A stretch of DNA of 64,000 nucleotides from a virus (IMGVR_UViG_3300045049_000270), one strand, 5' to 3'; counted from the stretch's first letter, positions 1-9,333 are shown. The notes: generated from the letters alone by a model not told the origin. Made by a program: numbers and translations.

Positions 1-2
1 CA

Positions 3-59
3 ATTATCGAATTTCAAAATGAAAATGATGCAGTTTTGTTCAAATTGGAAATGCTATGA
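3..59 (+). CDS. 3' end of a small FKLxW-family protein (partial, runs off window start)
   Basis: Frame 3 reads IIEFQNENDAVLFKLEML*, the same C-terminal motif as the following ORFs. Its stop overlaps the next ATG (ATGA, 56-59). Confidence 0.75.
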   Translation: MIEFQNENDAVLFKLEML

Positions 60-355
60 CAATGTTTATATTGCCAAGGATTTTGTGTGATGATAAAGTT
101 GTACAACAAGAAGGTAAGAGAAATAGTTACGAGTGGACAGTAAAGAAAGCAATCAGGCGTTGGTTGCGTCGTAACAATATTGAATATTCTTTTGAATATA
201 GAGAGAATCATAAAGTAGAAGAATTTGGCGAAGATCGTAAACAAAATTCTACATTAGGCCCAATCCTGATGAAACGTGTCACCATCAACAAATGGGTTGA
301 ATTAACCATTCCTGATGAAGCTGATGCTCTCGCTTTTAAATTGGCATGGTTATGA
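56..355 (+). CDS. small hypothetical protein, FKLxW C-terminal family
   Basis: Ends DEADALAFKLAWL*; ATGA coupling at both ends. Confidence 0.8.
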   Translation: MTMFILPRILCDDKVVQQEGKRNSYEWTVKKAIRRWLRRNNIEYSFEYRENHKVEEFGEDRKQNSTLGPILMKRVTINKWVELTIPDEADALAFKLAWL

Positions 356-645
356 GGTTTAAGAATCCAAGGTTTGTGCCATTTAATGCATCCCCATCTC
401 ATCAGATGAAAGGTAGCAAACCAAGTAGTTCAATTCAAAATATCACAAACAAAGTTATATTTGATGTAACAGCACTATTCAAAAGTGATAACGAAGTTGA
501 ATCGCTAGTGCCATTGATTTATTATTGGCTAGGTGAAAATTGTAACGAGCCATATAAAGTACTACGTGAAGTGGATGGTAAGGTATATTTGTTGTTCCAT
601 AAAAATGATAACGCAGCTCTAAGTTTCAAACTAACATGGCTATGA
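352..645 (+). CDS. small hypothetical protein, FKLxW family
   Basis: Ends NDNAALSFKLTWL*. Start placed at the ATGA overlap at 352 (ORF track starts at 346). Confidence 0.8.
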   Translation: MRFKNPRFVPFNASPSHQMKGSKPSSSIQNITNKVIFDVTALFKSDNEVESLVPLIYYWLGENCNEPYKVLREVDGKVYLLFHKNDNAALSFKLTWL

Positions 646-1046
646 ACGAAGAAAAGAAAGAATATCCCATTTACAGTCAAAACCCAGCATCATATGATTT
701 TGTTGGATGTTTTATGGGAGGCGGTAGCCCCAGTCATGAATGCTGGTGTGGTAGAACTCATGTAGCGATTGATAGTGATCTACTTGAAGAAGGTCAACTT
801 GAAAATTATATCGAATGGCAAAAACAAGATCCAGAAGGCGTTATTTTCGTTCATGACTGTGAATGTGTTCATTACGTAGAAATCAATGGCAGAACATTTG
901 TCGATGATTGCCCTTGCAACGGTATGCGCCCATTTGAAACTCTATTCTGGGAAAATCGTAAGAATATTCGTAAATATTTGTCAATTGTCAAGATGAAGCT
1001 TCTGGCTGACGCGGCTGATGTTGGTGACTGGGAAGAAGATTTGTGA
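642..1046 (+). CDS. Cys/His-rich hypothetical protein (possible Zn binding)
   Basis: HECWCGRTH, HDCECVH and DCPC motifs; coupled within the array but lacks the FKLxW tail. Confidence 0.75.
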   Translation: MNEEKKEYPIYSQNPASYDFVGCFMGGGSPSHECWCGRTHVAIDSDLLEEGQLENYIEWQKQDPEGVIFVHDCECVHYVEINGRTFVDDCPCNGMRPFETLFWENRKNIRKYLSIVKMKLLADAADVGDWEEDL

Positions 1047-1252
1047 AATCGTTGAATGTTAGTAATTTGATCGAGCGTCGTATGGTTAGAACTGTATCGG
1101 AAGAAGGTGTCCGTTGGACACAACATTTTTGTCTTCCTAACGAAGTCGAAGCATGGTTGTGTGAGCGTGGTGAAAATCCTAAATTGTTCAATAGTAATAT
1201 CATCATTAATGATGATACATTTGCAGTAGAGTTTAAGTTGGTTTGGCTATGA
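1043..1252 (+). CDS. small hypothetical protein, FKLxW family
   Basis: GTGA overlap start; contains EVEAWL and ends DDTFAVEFKLVWL*. Confidence 0.8.
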   Translation: MKSLNVSNLIERRMVRTVSEEGVRWTQHFCLPNEVEAWLCERGENPKLFNSNIIINDDTFAVEFKLVWL

Positions 1253-1503
1253 ACGGTTTATTTATCGTTGATATTCCTATGGACGACAGCATCGCTACTA
1301 AGATTTATCAGCCTGAAAGTTGGCGTTCAGTATGGATTCTAAACAATGATGTTATTGAATGGTTAAATTCACATGGTGTTTTTGGTGAAAATTGGCTTAT
1401 TGAAACTATGCCGCAAGTTCACAATGGCATAGTTTCATATAAGCCAGTTATGATGTTTGATAATGATGATTTGGCAATGGTTTTTAAATTAACCTGGTTA
1501 TGA
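1249..1503 (+). CDS. small hypothetical protein, FKLxW family
   Basis: Contains DVIEWL and ends NDDLAMVFKLTWL*; ATGA overlap. Confidence 0.8.
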   Translation: MNGLFIVDIPMDDSIATKIYQPESWRSVWILNNDVIEWLNSHGVFGENWLIETMPQVHNGIVSYKPVMMFDNDDLAMVFKLTWL

Positions 1504-1706
1504 TCCATTTGTTTAAGGTACCAAAAGAATATCTTCGCAAAATCTCTGGCCTTTATACGATAGAGAGTTATGCATTGACCGCAGATGTTGAAGAATGGCT
1601 AAATGATCGTGGCGAATGGAAATTAGTTCACGACGGTTATACTGGCTTCTGTATTCAAATAAAAGATGATGCTTTGGCAGTTGAGTTCTTACTCACCTGG
1701 GGATAA
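1500..1706 (+). CDS. small hypothetical protein, FKLxW family
   Basis: Contains DVEEWL and ends DDALAVEFLLTWG*. Confidence 0.8.
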   Translation: MIHLFKVPKEYLRKISGLYTIESYALTADVEEWLNDRGEWKLVHDGYTGFCIQIKDDALAVEFLLTWG

Positions 1707-1912
1707 TGTTCATAGAAAAAGTACCCCAATCTGGTCTCAATAACATTTATTTAGATGTTAATGGTTTGAAATTCAGAACTGCGTCTGAAATCAATCAACA
1801 GCTATCGGAATGGGCAAACGCTCGAGGTTGTAGCTTTCACTTATGTTCTGTATGGTATATTACACTTCCGGATGAATTGACAGCCCTTGAATTTAAACTA
1901 ACATGGCTATAA
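1706..1912 (+). CDS. small hypothetical protein, FKLxW family
   Basis: TAATG overlap; ends DELTALEFKLTWL*. Confidence 0.8.
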   Translation: MFIEKVPQSGLNNIYLDVNGLKFRTASEINQQLSEWANARGCSFHLCSVWYITLPDELTALEFKLTWL

Positions 1913-2121
1913 TCAAGATTCCAAATAACGGAATAACCACCAAAAGATTAACAATGATGCATTCTTCTCATATGGTTATTTCATTTCCACATCCAAAAGA
2001 TGAAATTTATGAATGGTGTAAAGCTAAAAATTTGAAAAAGCCATGGGAAGATTCAAATGGGTGGTTCATTGAAATTACAGATGATTTGACTGCTGTAGAA
2101 TTTCTGCTAACATGGTCTTAA
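1903..2121 (+). CDS. small hypothetical protein, FKLxW family
   Basis: Contains EIYEWC and ends DDLTAVEFLLTWS*. Confidence 0.8.
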   Translation: MAIIKIPNNGITTKRLTMMHSSHMVISFPHPKDEIYEWCKAKNLKKPWEDSNGWFIEITDDLTAVEFLLTWS

Positions 2122-2139
2122 AATAGTACGGGAGACCGA

Positions 2140-2751
2140 ATGAGTAAAAAGAATAAGAAAATCCCCTTTAATTGGCTGCCGGCTAGTTGGGGCTTGAGTG
2201 GTAAAAGTCGAGAACGAGCAGAAGCCGAATATTACTTCGAAGGTTATGATCTTGAGAAACGTCTAATCGAGATCGATTATGAAGACAATGATGAACGAGA
2301 AGTTGAATTTCTGCGTTTGGACCACAAACATGGCAAGATTGATGACTATACCTTTGCATTGAAATACGCAGAGCGAACATTGTCTGGCGAAGCCCTTGAG
2401 ATTCGAAAATTAGAGCTTGACCATACAGCTGGTAAGATCACATTAAATGAATACGAAAAACGCGTAGCTAATATTAAGAAAGAGCCATATATCACAGTTT
2501 TGAACAGTGAATATAATCCAGATGAGGGCATTGGTGGTTTAATTTTCGAATTTGATTGGAATGAATATTGGATCAAACAACTGATCGATCATGGTTATTC
2601 TGGTTACAACGAAGACCAAATTATTCATCAATGGTTTACTGATCTATGTCGTTCGACTATCGCTGAAGAAATAGATTCACAGGATATACCGTTCAACAGT
2701 GGTCGAGTAATTAATACGATACGACGCGGCAATCGTTCAGATTTTAGTTGA
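2140..2751 (+). CDS. phage hypothetical protein
   Basis: 203-aa ORF with a GGAG RBS; no recognised catalytic motif. Confidence 0.8.
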   Translation: MSKKNKKIPFNWLPASWGLSGKSRERAEAEYYFEGYDLEKRLIEIDYEDNDEREVEFLRLDHKHGKIDDYTFALKYAERTLSGEALEIRKLELDHTAGKITLNEYEKRVANIKKEPYITVLNSEYNPDEGIGGLIFEFDWNEYWIKQLIDHGYSGYNEDQIIHQWFTDLCRSTIAEEIDSQDIPFNSGRVINTIRRGNRSDFS

Positions 2752-3014
2752 TGGAACCGTCATTAGTTATTGTAAATGGTTTTCTGCGTGAATATCCTCA
2801 GGGATATTACAAAGTACCTATTCCCAAACAATGGTTGCAAGTCTTTGTTTGTCCTGATACTTTTAATTTGGTAGCAAAGTCTGTCCAACCACCTGCTGAT
2901 TTTGATTGGGATGATTTGCCTATGTGGCTTATAGAAGATCCATATAATTTCATCGCGTTTTTTCTATTCGAAGATGAACAAGATGCAATAGCATTCAAAC
3001 TGACATATTGTTAA
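2748..3014 (+). CDS. small hypothetical protein, FKLxW family variant
   Basis: Ends FEDEQDAIAFKLTYC*. Confidence 0.75.
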   Translation: MMEPSLVIVNGFLREYPQGYYKVPIPKQWLQVFVCPDTFNLVAKSVQPPADFDWDDLPMWLIEDPYNFIAFFLFEDEQDAIAFKLTYC

Positions 3015-3044
3015 TTAAGGGGAGCATTTGCTCCCCTTAATTTT
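3013..3044 (+). terminator. intrinsic terminator closing the small-gene array
   Basis: aattaaggggagca-tt-tgctccccttaatt stem followed by T's. Confidence 0.8.
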
Positions 3045-3124
3045 GTAAATTTGCCATAACCAGTTACAATTATGACTAACGGTGAACTAGCTTTGCTAGA
3101 TCGCCATTCACAATGATAACAAAT

Positions 3125-4156
3125 ATGAGTAAATTTATTCTGGTTGATACTGCCAACCTTTTCTATAGATGTAGACACGCAGTCACCGGTGATGCATATT
3201 CAAAAGCAGGTTTAGCACTTCATGCTGTTTTTCGTTCAATTCGAAAACTTTGGAGAGATTACAAAGCCGATCACGTCGTTTTCTGTTTGGAGGGGCATAG
3301 CTGGCGCTATGCGGTATATCCTGAATATAAATCAGCTCGCAAAGCGCAACGAGCATTGGCTAATCTAAAGCCAGCAGATCAAGAAGAAGATCAAGTGTTC
3401 AAAGAAACATTCGAAGAATTGGTGTCATTCTTGACGGACAAAACAAATGCAACAGTGTTGCAAAGTGATGGAGTTGAAGGTGACGATTGGGTGGCTCGAT
3501 TTATTCAAATTCATCCAAATGATGAGCATTTGCTGGTTAGTGGTGATACTGATTTCATTCAAATGCTTGCACCGAATGTTAAAATCTACGATGGTGTACG
3601 TGAACTATTGATCACAATTGATGGGATCTACGACAAGGCAAATCAACGTATTGAATTTGGTGTCAAGAGCGATGGTAAGCTTCGTATCGGTAAGCCCTTA
3701 AAGAAAGGTGAAGTATTCGTGCCAGAAGCAGAATGGTGGAAACGTGCTTTGTTCATGAAGTGCATGCGCGGCGATTCTGGTGATAGCATCTTCTCAGCAT
3801 ATCCAAAGGTTCGTGAAAAGAAATTGATTGAAGCTTGGGATGATCGAAATGAAATGGGTTATAACTGGAATAATCTGATGCTTCAAACATGGCAGAAAGC
3901 TAAGACTGATGGTACCGAGGAAGAAATTCGAGTTCTAGACGCTTATAACTTCAACAAATCACTGATTGACCTTACAGAACAACCAGAAGAAATCAAAGAA
4001 TTGATGGATTTGTTGATTGTTGAAAACGTACAAAAACGTGGCAAACAAGGTGTTGGTATTCACTTCCTTCGTTTCTGTGAACGCAATGGTCTTGTAAATC
4101 TCAGCAAGGAAGCTGCTGATCATGCTGAATACTTGAACGCTCCTTATGCAAAATAG
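3125..4156 (+). CDS. rnh: RNase H / 5'-3' exonuclease (T4 rnh / FEN-like)
   Basis: LVDTANLFYR, WRYAVYPEYKSAR, EGDD, SGDTDFIQ and GDSGDSI acidic motifs of the 5'-nuclease family. Start placed at MSKFIL. Confidence 0.85.
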   Translation: MSKFILVDTANLFYRCRHAVTGDAYSKAGLALHAVFRSIRKLWRDYKADHVVFCLEGHSWRYAVYPEYKSARKAQRALANLKPADQEEDQVFKETFEELVSFLTDKTNATVLQSDGVEGDDWVARFIQIHPNDEHLLVSGDTDFIQMLAPNVKIYDGVRELLITIDGIYDKANQRIEFGVKSDGKLRIGKPLKKGEVFVPEAEWWKRALFMKCMRGDSGDSIFSAYPKVREKKLIEAWDDRNEMGYNWNNLMLQTWQKAKTDGTEEEIRVLDAYNFNKSLIDLTEQPEEIKELMDLLIVENVQKRGKQGVGIHFLRFCERNGLVNLSKEAADHAEYLNAPYAK

Positions 4157-4158
4157 TT

Positions 4159-4755
4159 ATGGTTGAAAACGAACGAAAATATATCTTATTACCCACTAAC
4201 GACGTGGGATTCATGACTGATTTGGAATGTATGCCTGGTGTCACCGCCCAAAAGATTTTCCAGGCGTATTTGCCCGGTGGTGCGCGCATTCGAAAGATCC
4301 AAAACAAATATGATTTTGGTGGTCTTGACGAGAATGGCGAATACATTTATCCGAGGTCGGAGCAATGCAAGTTCACTTACAAAATAATGATTGATAGTGA
4401 ATTAGTCGAGATCGAGACTGATATTACAAGGCCAGACTTCGACAGATTGGTAAAGGGTACATCTAAGCGCATTTTGAAGACGCGTATCACTGTTCCAGTT
4501 GATGATTTGAAATGGGAAGTTGATTTCTTCCATGACGAGGTCAATGTAAATTTGTATTTGGTTATGGCAGAAGTAGAATTGCCTGAAGGAGTAGATGCTC
4601 CGGCAACAGTTCCAGCATTCGTAACGGACAATCTTCTGTATTTTGTTGAACGTGATGATTTTCGTTTTACCAATTCGAATCTATCAGATTCAGATGCAGT
4701 ACGTGCAACAGTTGCACATATCAAGAAAGAAAAAGATGGCAATACAACTTCATAA
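4159..4755 (+). CDS. CYTH (triphosphate tunnel metalloenzyme) domain protein
   Basis: N-terminal ExExKY (ENERKY), plus RIR, K-x-R, WEVD and AEVEL. Confidence 0.8.
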   Translation: MVENERKYILLPTNDVGFMTDLECMPGVTAQKIFQAYLPGGARIRKIQNKYDFGGLDENGEYIYPRSEQCKFTYKIMIDSELVEIETDITRPDFDRLVKGTSKRILKTRITVPVDDLKWEVDFFHDEVNVNLYLVMAEVELPEGVDAPATVPAFVTDNLLYFVERDDFRFTNSNLSDSDAVRATVAHIKKEKDGNTTS

Positions 4756-5197
4756 GATTACAGCGAATAGCTGGGTGGCAAATGCAAATGGCTTTCCAGT
4801 TGGTTTCATCTATAAGACTGAATCTGAATATATCTACATGACACCAGAGGCCAAGACTACATTTGCCAAGATGTCAGAAATCAAAGAATTCCTTGGTGGT
4901 AAAGTAAAAGAACAAGTCAATGAAGCCAAGGAAGATGGTGATATCGTTGATCATATCGATGGCTTCCCAATGAAGCATACGAATGTGTCAGTCGTATCAA
5001 CTGGTGAGCGTCCAGTGTATGTTCGTGGCAAACAAGTACAACATGTGGCTGGTTTTTGGACTATCAAGTTTAGCAAACGTTGGGTACCAAGCTTTTGCCC
5101 TTTGTTGAAGACAGTTGAGCAGTATCAAAGTTCAGGTCCGTTCAAGACACGACTTGAAATGATGAATGCTATGACTGCACTTAATCGTGCAGTGTAA
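4736..5197 (+). CDS. phage hypothetical protein
   Basis: ORF overlapping the end of the CYTH gene; start placed at ATG 4736 (MAIQLHK). Confidence 0.7.
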   Translation: MAIQLHKITANSWVANANGFPVGFIYKTESEYIYMTPEAKTTFAKMSEIKEFLGGKVKEQVNEAKEDGDIVDHIDGFPMKHTNVSVVSTGERPVYVRGKQVQHVAGFWTIKFSKRWVPSFCPLLKTVEQYQSSGPFKTRLEMMNAMTALNRAV

Positions 5198-5214
5198 ATA
5201 TAACCGCCTGATAC

Positions 5215-5436
5215 ATGGACACAACAATTCTGTTAACCATTGCCGAGCGTATCAAGCATGCGAGTGCAACCAATAGCAAAGAGATACGCCTTAGCATTCA
5301 TGATGCCAATGAACTTCTTGCCGTCATTGCATATATATCTGCTAGGGAAAGTGAAGACATGAAAAAGTTGATCCAAGACTTTGTGGATCATTTAAATAAC
5401 CAACAGATTATCCATGTATCTGGCGGTACATTTTAA
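5215..5436 (+). CDS. hypothetical protein
   Basis: 73-aa ORF in operon context. Confidence 0.65.
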   Translation: MDTTILLTIAERIKHASATNSKEIRLSIHDANELLAVIAYISARESEDMKKLIQDFVDHLNNQQIIHVSGGTF

Positions 5437-5445
5437 GGAGAAAAC

Positions 5446-5709
5446 ATGGAAGTCGTAGTCTATTCCAAGACAATTTGCCCATATTGCACACAAGCAAAGG
5501 CATACTTGAAGAAGAATGGTATCGAGTACTCAGAAGTGAACCTCGATGATGATGAAGCACGTAAGGCATTTTACGAAAAATGTGGCCCAGGTGTTCGTAG
5601 CGTCCCACAGATTTTCGTTGATAACGAACGTATCGGAGGTTATCAAGAATTGATAAAGAGTGATGTAGTTGCTCGTCACCAAGCTGGTAATTTCGACGCT
5701 GACTTCTAA
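5446..5709 (+). CDS. glutaredoxin
   Basis: CPYC active site, SVPQIF, IGGY; strong AAGGAG RBS. Confidence 0.93.
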   Translation: MEVVVYSKTICPYCTQAKAYLKKNGIEYSEVNLDDDEARKAFYEKCGPGVRSVPQIFVDNERIGGYQELIKSDVVARHQAGNFDADF

Positions 5710-5725
5710 GTCATTGTTTATAAAT

Positions 5726-5757
5726 GAAAAGCTCCGTTTAACGGAGCTTTCGTTTTT
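5726..5757 (+). terminator. intrinsic terminator
   Basis: aaagctccgtt-t-aacggagcttt stem followed by a T-tract. Confidence 0.8.
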
Positions 5758-5853
5758 CTGGTGGCAATGATTCATTTGGTGATAACGTGGTTGTTTCAAA
5801 TTGTAAGGCGTCGCATAAATACTGACATAAGATTTTTGCTTTATAGGTGCAAT

Positions 5854-6174
5854 ATGAGCCGTCCTAAGCCGTCCGTCCTGTTGAACCACACCGACAGTAA
5901 GACCTACAAAAGCGAACAAATTTTGGCAGCTGACGCAATCTACGCAGTTTTCTACGAAGGTCGTCCTATCAATCTGCGTTCGCTGAATAGCTTGGTGAAC
6001 TACCCAGGACCCAAGTATAAGAAAGTGTCGTTCAGTAACCCTGGGCACGCATTCAACTTAGCAGAAAAGTTGAATAAGTTATTCAAGACAGACAAATTCG
6101 CTGTTTACAAGCTGACTGCTGGTGAACTAGTGAAGGAACTTGATCCAGATGACGATTCAGGTCAAAATTGCTGA
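5854..6174 (+). CDS. phage hypothetical protein
   Basis: MSRPKPSVLL...YPGPKYKKVSFSNPGHAFNLAEKLN; AGGTG RBS and an upstream ATAAATA. Confidence 0.75.
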   Translation: MSRPKPSVLLNHTDSKTYKSEQILAADAIYAVFYEGRPINLRSLNSLVNYPGPKYKKVSFSNPGHAFNLAEKLNKLFKTDKFAVYKLTAGELVKELDPDDDSGQNC

Positions 6175-6574
6175 ACTACTCGTTGCGCAATCACTTGTAA
6201 CTGATAACCCACTCAAAAAGATGATTGAGGGCAAAAGTACGCAAGAAATCTGCCAGCTGATCTTCAAAAATTACAGAGGAGACCCTAGCAAAGCTAAGGG
6301 TCTCAAGTTGTCTGAGGTCGGACTTCAACTCATGAAGTCCTTCTTTAAAGGATATGATGTACCAATGCCAGAAGGCTATAAGGTCAAACTACCACACCTT
6401 CTATATCTAGATAGAATCTCAACTCTTCCATACTTCATCAACAACAAATGTTTCACCACGTTTGACAGTGATTTGGCTATGATGCTAAAGCTGTCTGACA
6501 GTAAGATTGAAACGTTGATCGAAGCCAAATATCGCTTACAATTCGACAAAAGCAGCTTCCTGCCTGACGTCTAA
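6149..6574 (+). CDS. hypothetical protein
   Basis: AAGGA RBS; internal FDSDLAMMLKL resembles the FKL-family motif. Confidence 0.7.
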   Translation: MTIQVKIAELLVAQSLVTDNPLKKMIEGKSTQEICQLIFKNYRGDPSKAKGLKLSEVGLQLMKSFFKGYDVPMPEGYKVKLPHLLYLDRISTLPYFINNKCFTTFDSDLAMMLKLSDSKIETLIEAKYRLQFDKSSFLPDV

Positions 6575-6640
6575 GCCAGTCATCAAATGAATGTGCCATA
6601 TTTGTTGTAAAACCGCAACATAAATGGCAACCAAAAGCGC

Positions 6641-6669
6641 TTGACGAGCATGCCAAAGCTCTGTAGAGT
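6641..6669 (+). promoter_or_regulatory. sigma70-type promoter for the MoxR/VWA genes
   Basis: TTGACG-17 nt-TAGAGT with an A-rich upstream region. Confidence 0.6.
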
Positions 6670-6745
6670 TGCGATTACTGTGATACGCAACACAACGCAG
6701 TAATAACAACGCTACAAAAACCGCCCAACACAAGGAGCATTAAGT

Positions 6746-7879
6746 ATGTCGAACAAAAAGACCGCAGCAACCGCGCCGCAAACCATGACGTTCAAACCGT
6801 CGGAAGTAGCAGCAGCTATCAAGCACCTTCTCCCGACGCAAGTCGCGGCATTCCTGTGGGGCCCGCCGGGGATTGGTAAGTCAGCAGTGCTGAAGCAAGT
6901 TGCTGAGTCGATGGGCATGGGCTTTGTCGATATTCGTCTGTCGCAGATGGAACCAACTGACATCCGTGGTATCCCGTACCCGGTCGAAGAAGAAATTGCC
7001 GGCGTGATGATGAAGGGTATGCGCTGGTCGGCACCGCTGGTGCTGCCGCACGATCCGAAGGCCAAGGTCCTGATCCTGCTTGACGAGTTTAACAGCGCAC
7101 CGCCTAGCGTTCAAGCTGCCGCGTATCAGCTGGTGCTCGATCGCAAGCTGGGCGAATACGAAGTACCTGAAGGTTGCATGATCGTGGCCGCTGGTAACCG
7201 TGAAACGGACAAGGGCGTGACGTTCCGCATGCCGACGCCGCTTGCAAACCGTTTCGTCCACATCGAAATGCGTCACGATTTCGAAGACTGGCAAGTTCAT
7301 GCGCTGAACAGCAAGTTCAACAAGGACGTGGTTGGTTTCTTGACTGCGTTCAAGAACAAGCTCTTCCAGTTCGAAGCACTGAGCGCATCGCGCGGGTTTG
7401 CAACGCCGCGTTCGTGGGAATTCGTTTCGCGCATCGTTGAAGGCAACCCGGATCTGCCGGAAACGGTCCTCACGGGTCTGGTCGCTGGTGCGATCGGTGA
7501 TGGTAATGCGGTGGAATTCATGGAATATCGTCGCAACGCTGCTGATCTGCCGAATCCGGATGACATCCTGAACGGCAAGAACCCGACGCTTTCGCGTGTT
7601 GATGTTTCGCTGTGCTATGCGTTGACGACGGCACTGTGCTATCAGCTGCGTGAAGGCGCAGAAAAGATCGCGAAGGCAGGCAAGCCGAAGGATCAGCATG
7701 AAGCATGGTTGAAGCAAGCTGATAACTTCCTCGGCTATATGCTTGAGCACTTCCAGCCCGAAATTTGCGTGATGGGCGCGAAGACTGCGCTGAGCACGTT
7801 TAAGCTGGGCTTCAACGCAAAGCAGATGAAGAACTTCGAGAAGTTCGCCGATAAGTACAAGCATCTGATCATGAATTAA
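6746..7879 (+). CDS. MoxR-like AAA+ ATPase
   Basis: Walker A GPPGIGKS, Walker B ILLDEFN, AAGNR, PLANRF, TPRSWE. Confidence 0.9.
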   Translation: MSNKKTAATAPQTMTFKPSEVAAAIKHLLPTQVAAFLWGPPGIGKSAVLKQVAESMGMGFVDIRLSQMEPTDIRGIPYPVEEEIAGVMMKGMRWSAPLVLPHDPKAKVLILLDEFNSAPPSVQAAAYQLVLDRKLGEYEVPEGCMIVAAGNRETDKGVTFRMPTPLANRFVHIEMRHDFEDWQVHALNSKFNKDVVGFLTAFKNKLFQFEALSASRGFATPRSWEFVSRIVEGNPDLPETVLTGLVAGAIGDGNAVEFMEYRRNAADLPNPDDILNGKNPTLSRVDVSLCYALTTALCYQLREGAEKIAKAGKPKDQHEAWLKQADNFLGYMLEHFQPEICVMGAKTALSTFKLGFNAKQMKNFEKFADKYKHLIMN

Positions 7880-7898
7880 GGTGTGGGCGGTTGTACCT

Positions 7899-7927
7899 GG
7901 GGGTGGGGTGGACCCACCCCATTTTTT
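7899..7927 (+). terminator. probable terminator
   Basis: G-rich/cccacccc stem followed by attttt. Confidence 0.55.
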
Positions 7928-8014
7928 ACGCTCTACGACGTAGAAAAAGGTAGCAAACTAGCCATTTCGTGCTATACTAGACGAAAGAACACTTTAGAAG
8001 GAGTGAACTAAAAT

Positions 8015-9232
8015 ATGTCAACGAATCTCGACGATCCGGTTGTGCAGGCAATCGTTGCAGCACGTGTGAAGCTGCTGCTCGAAAAGCCTTTCTTCGGCAA
8101 CCTGGCAACTCGTCTCAAGCTGGTTGATGCATCCAGCTGGTGCCAAACGGCGGCAACTGAAGGCCGTCATCTGTATTACAACCGCGAATTCATCAAGAGT
8201 CTCACTCCTGCTGAACTGCTGTTCTTGATCGGCCACGAAGTGCTTCATTGTGTGTACGATCATATGGGTCGTCGCGGCGGTCGTGATAGCAAAATCCATA
8301 ACATGGCGGCCGACTACATCGTCAACTATACGCTCCATCAAGAGCAAGTTGGTAAGATGCCTCCCGGTGGTCTGTATGAACCGGACAAGTACACTGACGA
8401 AATGACTTCGGAAGAAGTGTACGAACTGCTGATGAAAAACAGTACAGTTGTCAAGATGCCACTTGACATGCACCTTGATGGTAGCGGTGGTGAAGGTGAT
8501 GAAGAAGGTGACGGTGAAGGCGGTAGTGTTGAAGTTCGAGTCATGGGCAAGGATGGTCCGCCGAAGTTGACCGAAGAAGACATGGCGCAAATCCGCAATG
8601 AAATTCGTGCAGCAACGATTCAAGCGGCGCAGGCTGCTGGTGCTGACAAAACACCGGCTGGTGTGAAGCGCTTGATCGATGCGTTCACGCAGCCCAAGAT
8701 GGACTGGCGTGCGCTTCTTGACACGCACATCCAGAGTGCGCTGAAGGATGACTTCACATTCAGCAAGATCAACAAGCGTTCATGGAATGCTGGTGTGATT
8801 CTTCCGGGTATGAACTACATGAACACGATCGATATTGCGATTGCAATCGACACTTCGGGTTCGATGACGGAAGAAATGCTGCGAGACATTCTCGGCGAAG
8901 TGAAGGGTATTATGGAGACCTTTAAGGACTTCAAGCTCACACTGTGGACATTCGACACTCAGGTTTACAACGTGAAGACATTCACGCATGACAACCTGGA
9001 TGAAATCCTGGAATACGAACCGCAAGGTGGTGGCGGCACGCTGTTCGAATGCAACTGGGACTTCATGAAGGAAGAAGGTATCGAACCGCATCGTTTTGTG
9101 ATGTTCACCGACGGTTACCCCGGTGGTAGCTGGGGCGATGAAAACTACGTTGACACGTTGTTTGTGATTCACGGCACGACCAGCATCACGGCTCCGTTTG
9201 GTCTGACTGCGTACTACGAGTTGGGCAAGTAA
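8015..9232 (+). CDS. HExxH metallopeptidase-like plus VWA domain protein (DUF2201-type), MoxR partner
   Basis: HEVLH zincin motif; MIDAS DTSGSM, GGGGT, FTDG. Confidence 0.88.
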   Translation: MSTNLDDPVVQAIVAARVKLLLEKPFFGNLATRLKLVDASSWCQTAATEGRHLYYNREFIKSLTPAELLFLIGHEVLHCVYDHMGRRGGRDSKIHNMAADYIVNYTLHQEQVGKMPPGGLYEPDKYTDEMTSEEVYELLMKNSTVVKMPLDMHLDGSGGEGDEEGDGEGGSVEVRVMGKDGPPKLTEEDMAQIRNEIRAATIQAAQAAGADKTPAGVKRLIDAFTQPKMDWRALLDTHIQSALKDDFTFSKINKRSWNAGVILPGMNYMNTIDIAIAIDTSGSMTEEMLRDILGEVKGIMETFKDFKLTLWTFDTQVYNVKTFTHDNLDEILEYEPQGGGGTLFECNWDFMKEEGIEPHRFVMFTDGYPGGSWGDENYVDTLFVIHGTTSITAPFGLTAYYELGK

Positions 9233-9255
9233 GCAGGCTTGTGTGGTAGGCGGCG

Positions 9256-9280
9256 GAACCCCGTAGAAATGCGGGGTTTC
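9256..9280 (+). terminator. intrinsic terminator
   Basis: aaccccgta-gaaa-tgcggggtt stem-loop after the VWA gene. Confidence 0.65.
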
Positions 9281-9294
9281 ATCATGAGTGGTGC

Positions 9295-9323
9295 TTGACA
9301 TAATTTCATTCTGCATTAATAAT
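9295..9323 (+). promoter_or_regulatory. sigma70-type promoter
   Basis: Perfect TTGACA, then 17 nt, then AATAAT. Confidence 0.6.
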
Positions 9324-9333
9324 GGTGCATTGA

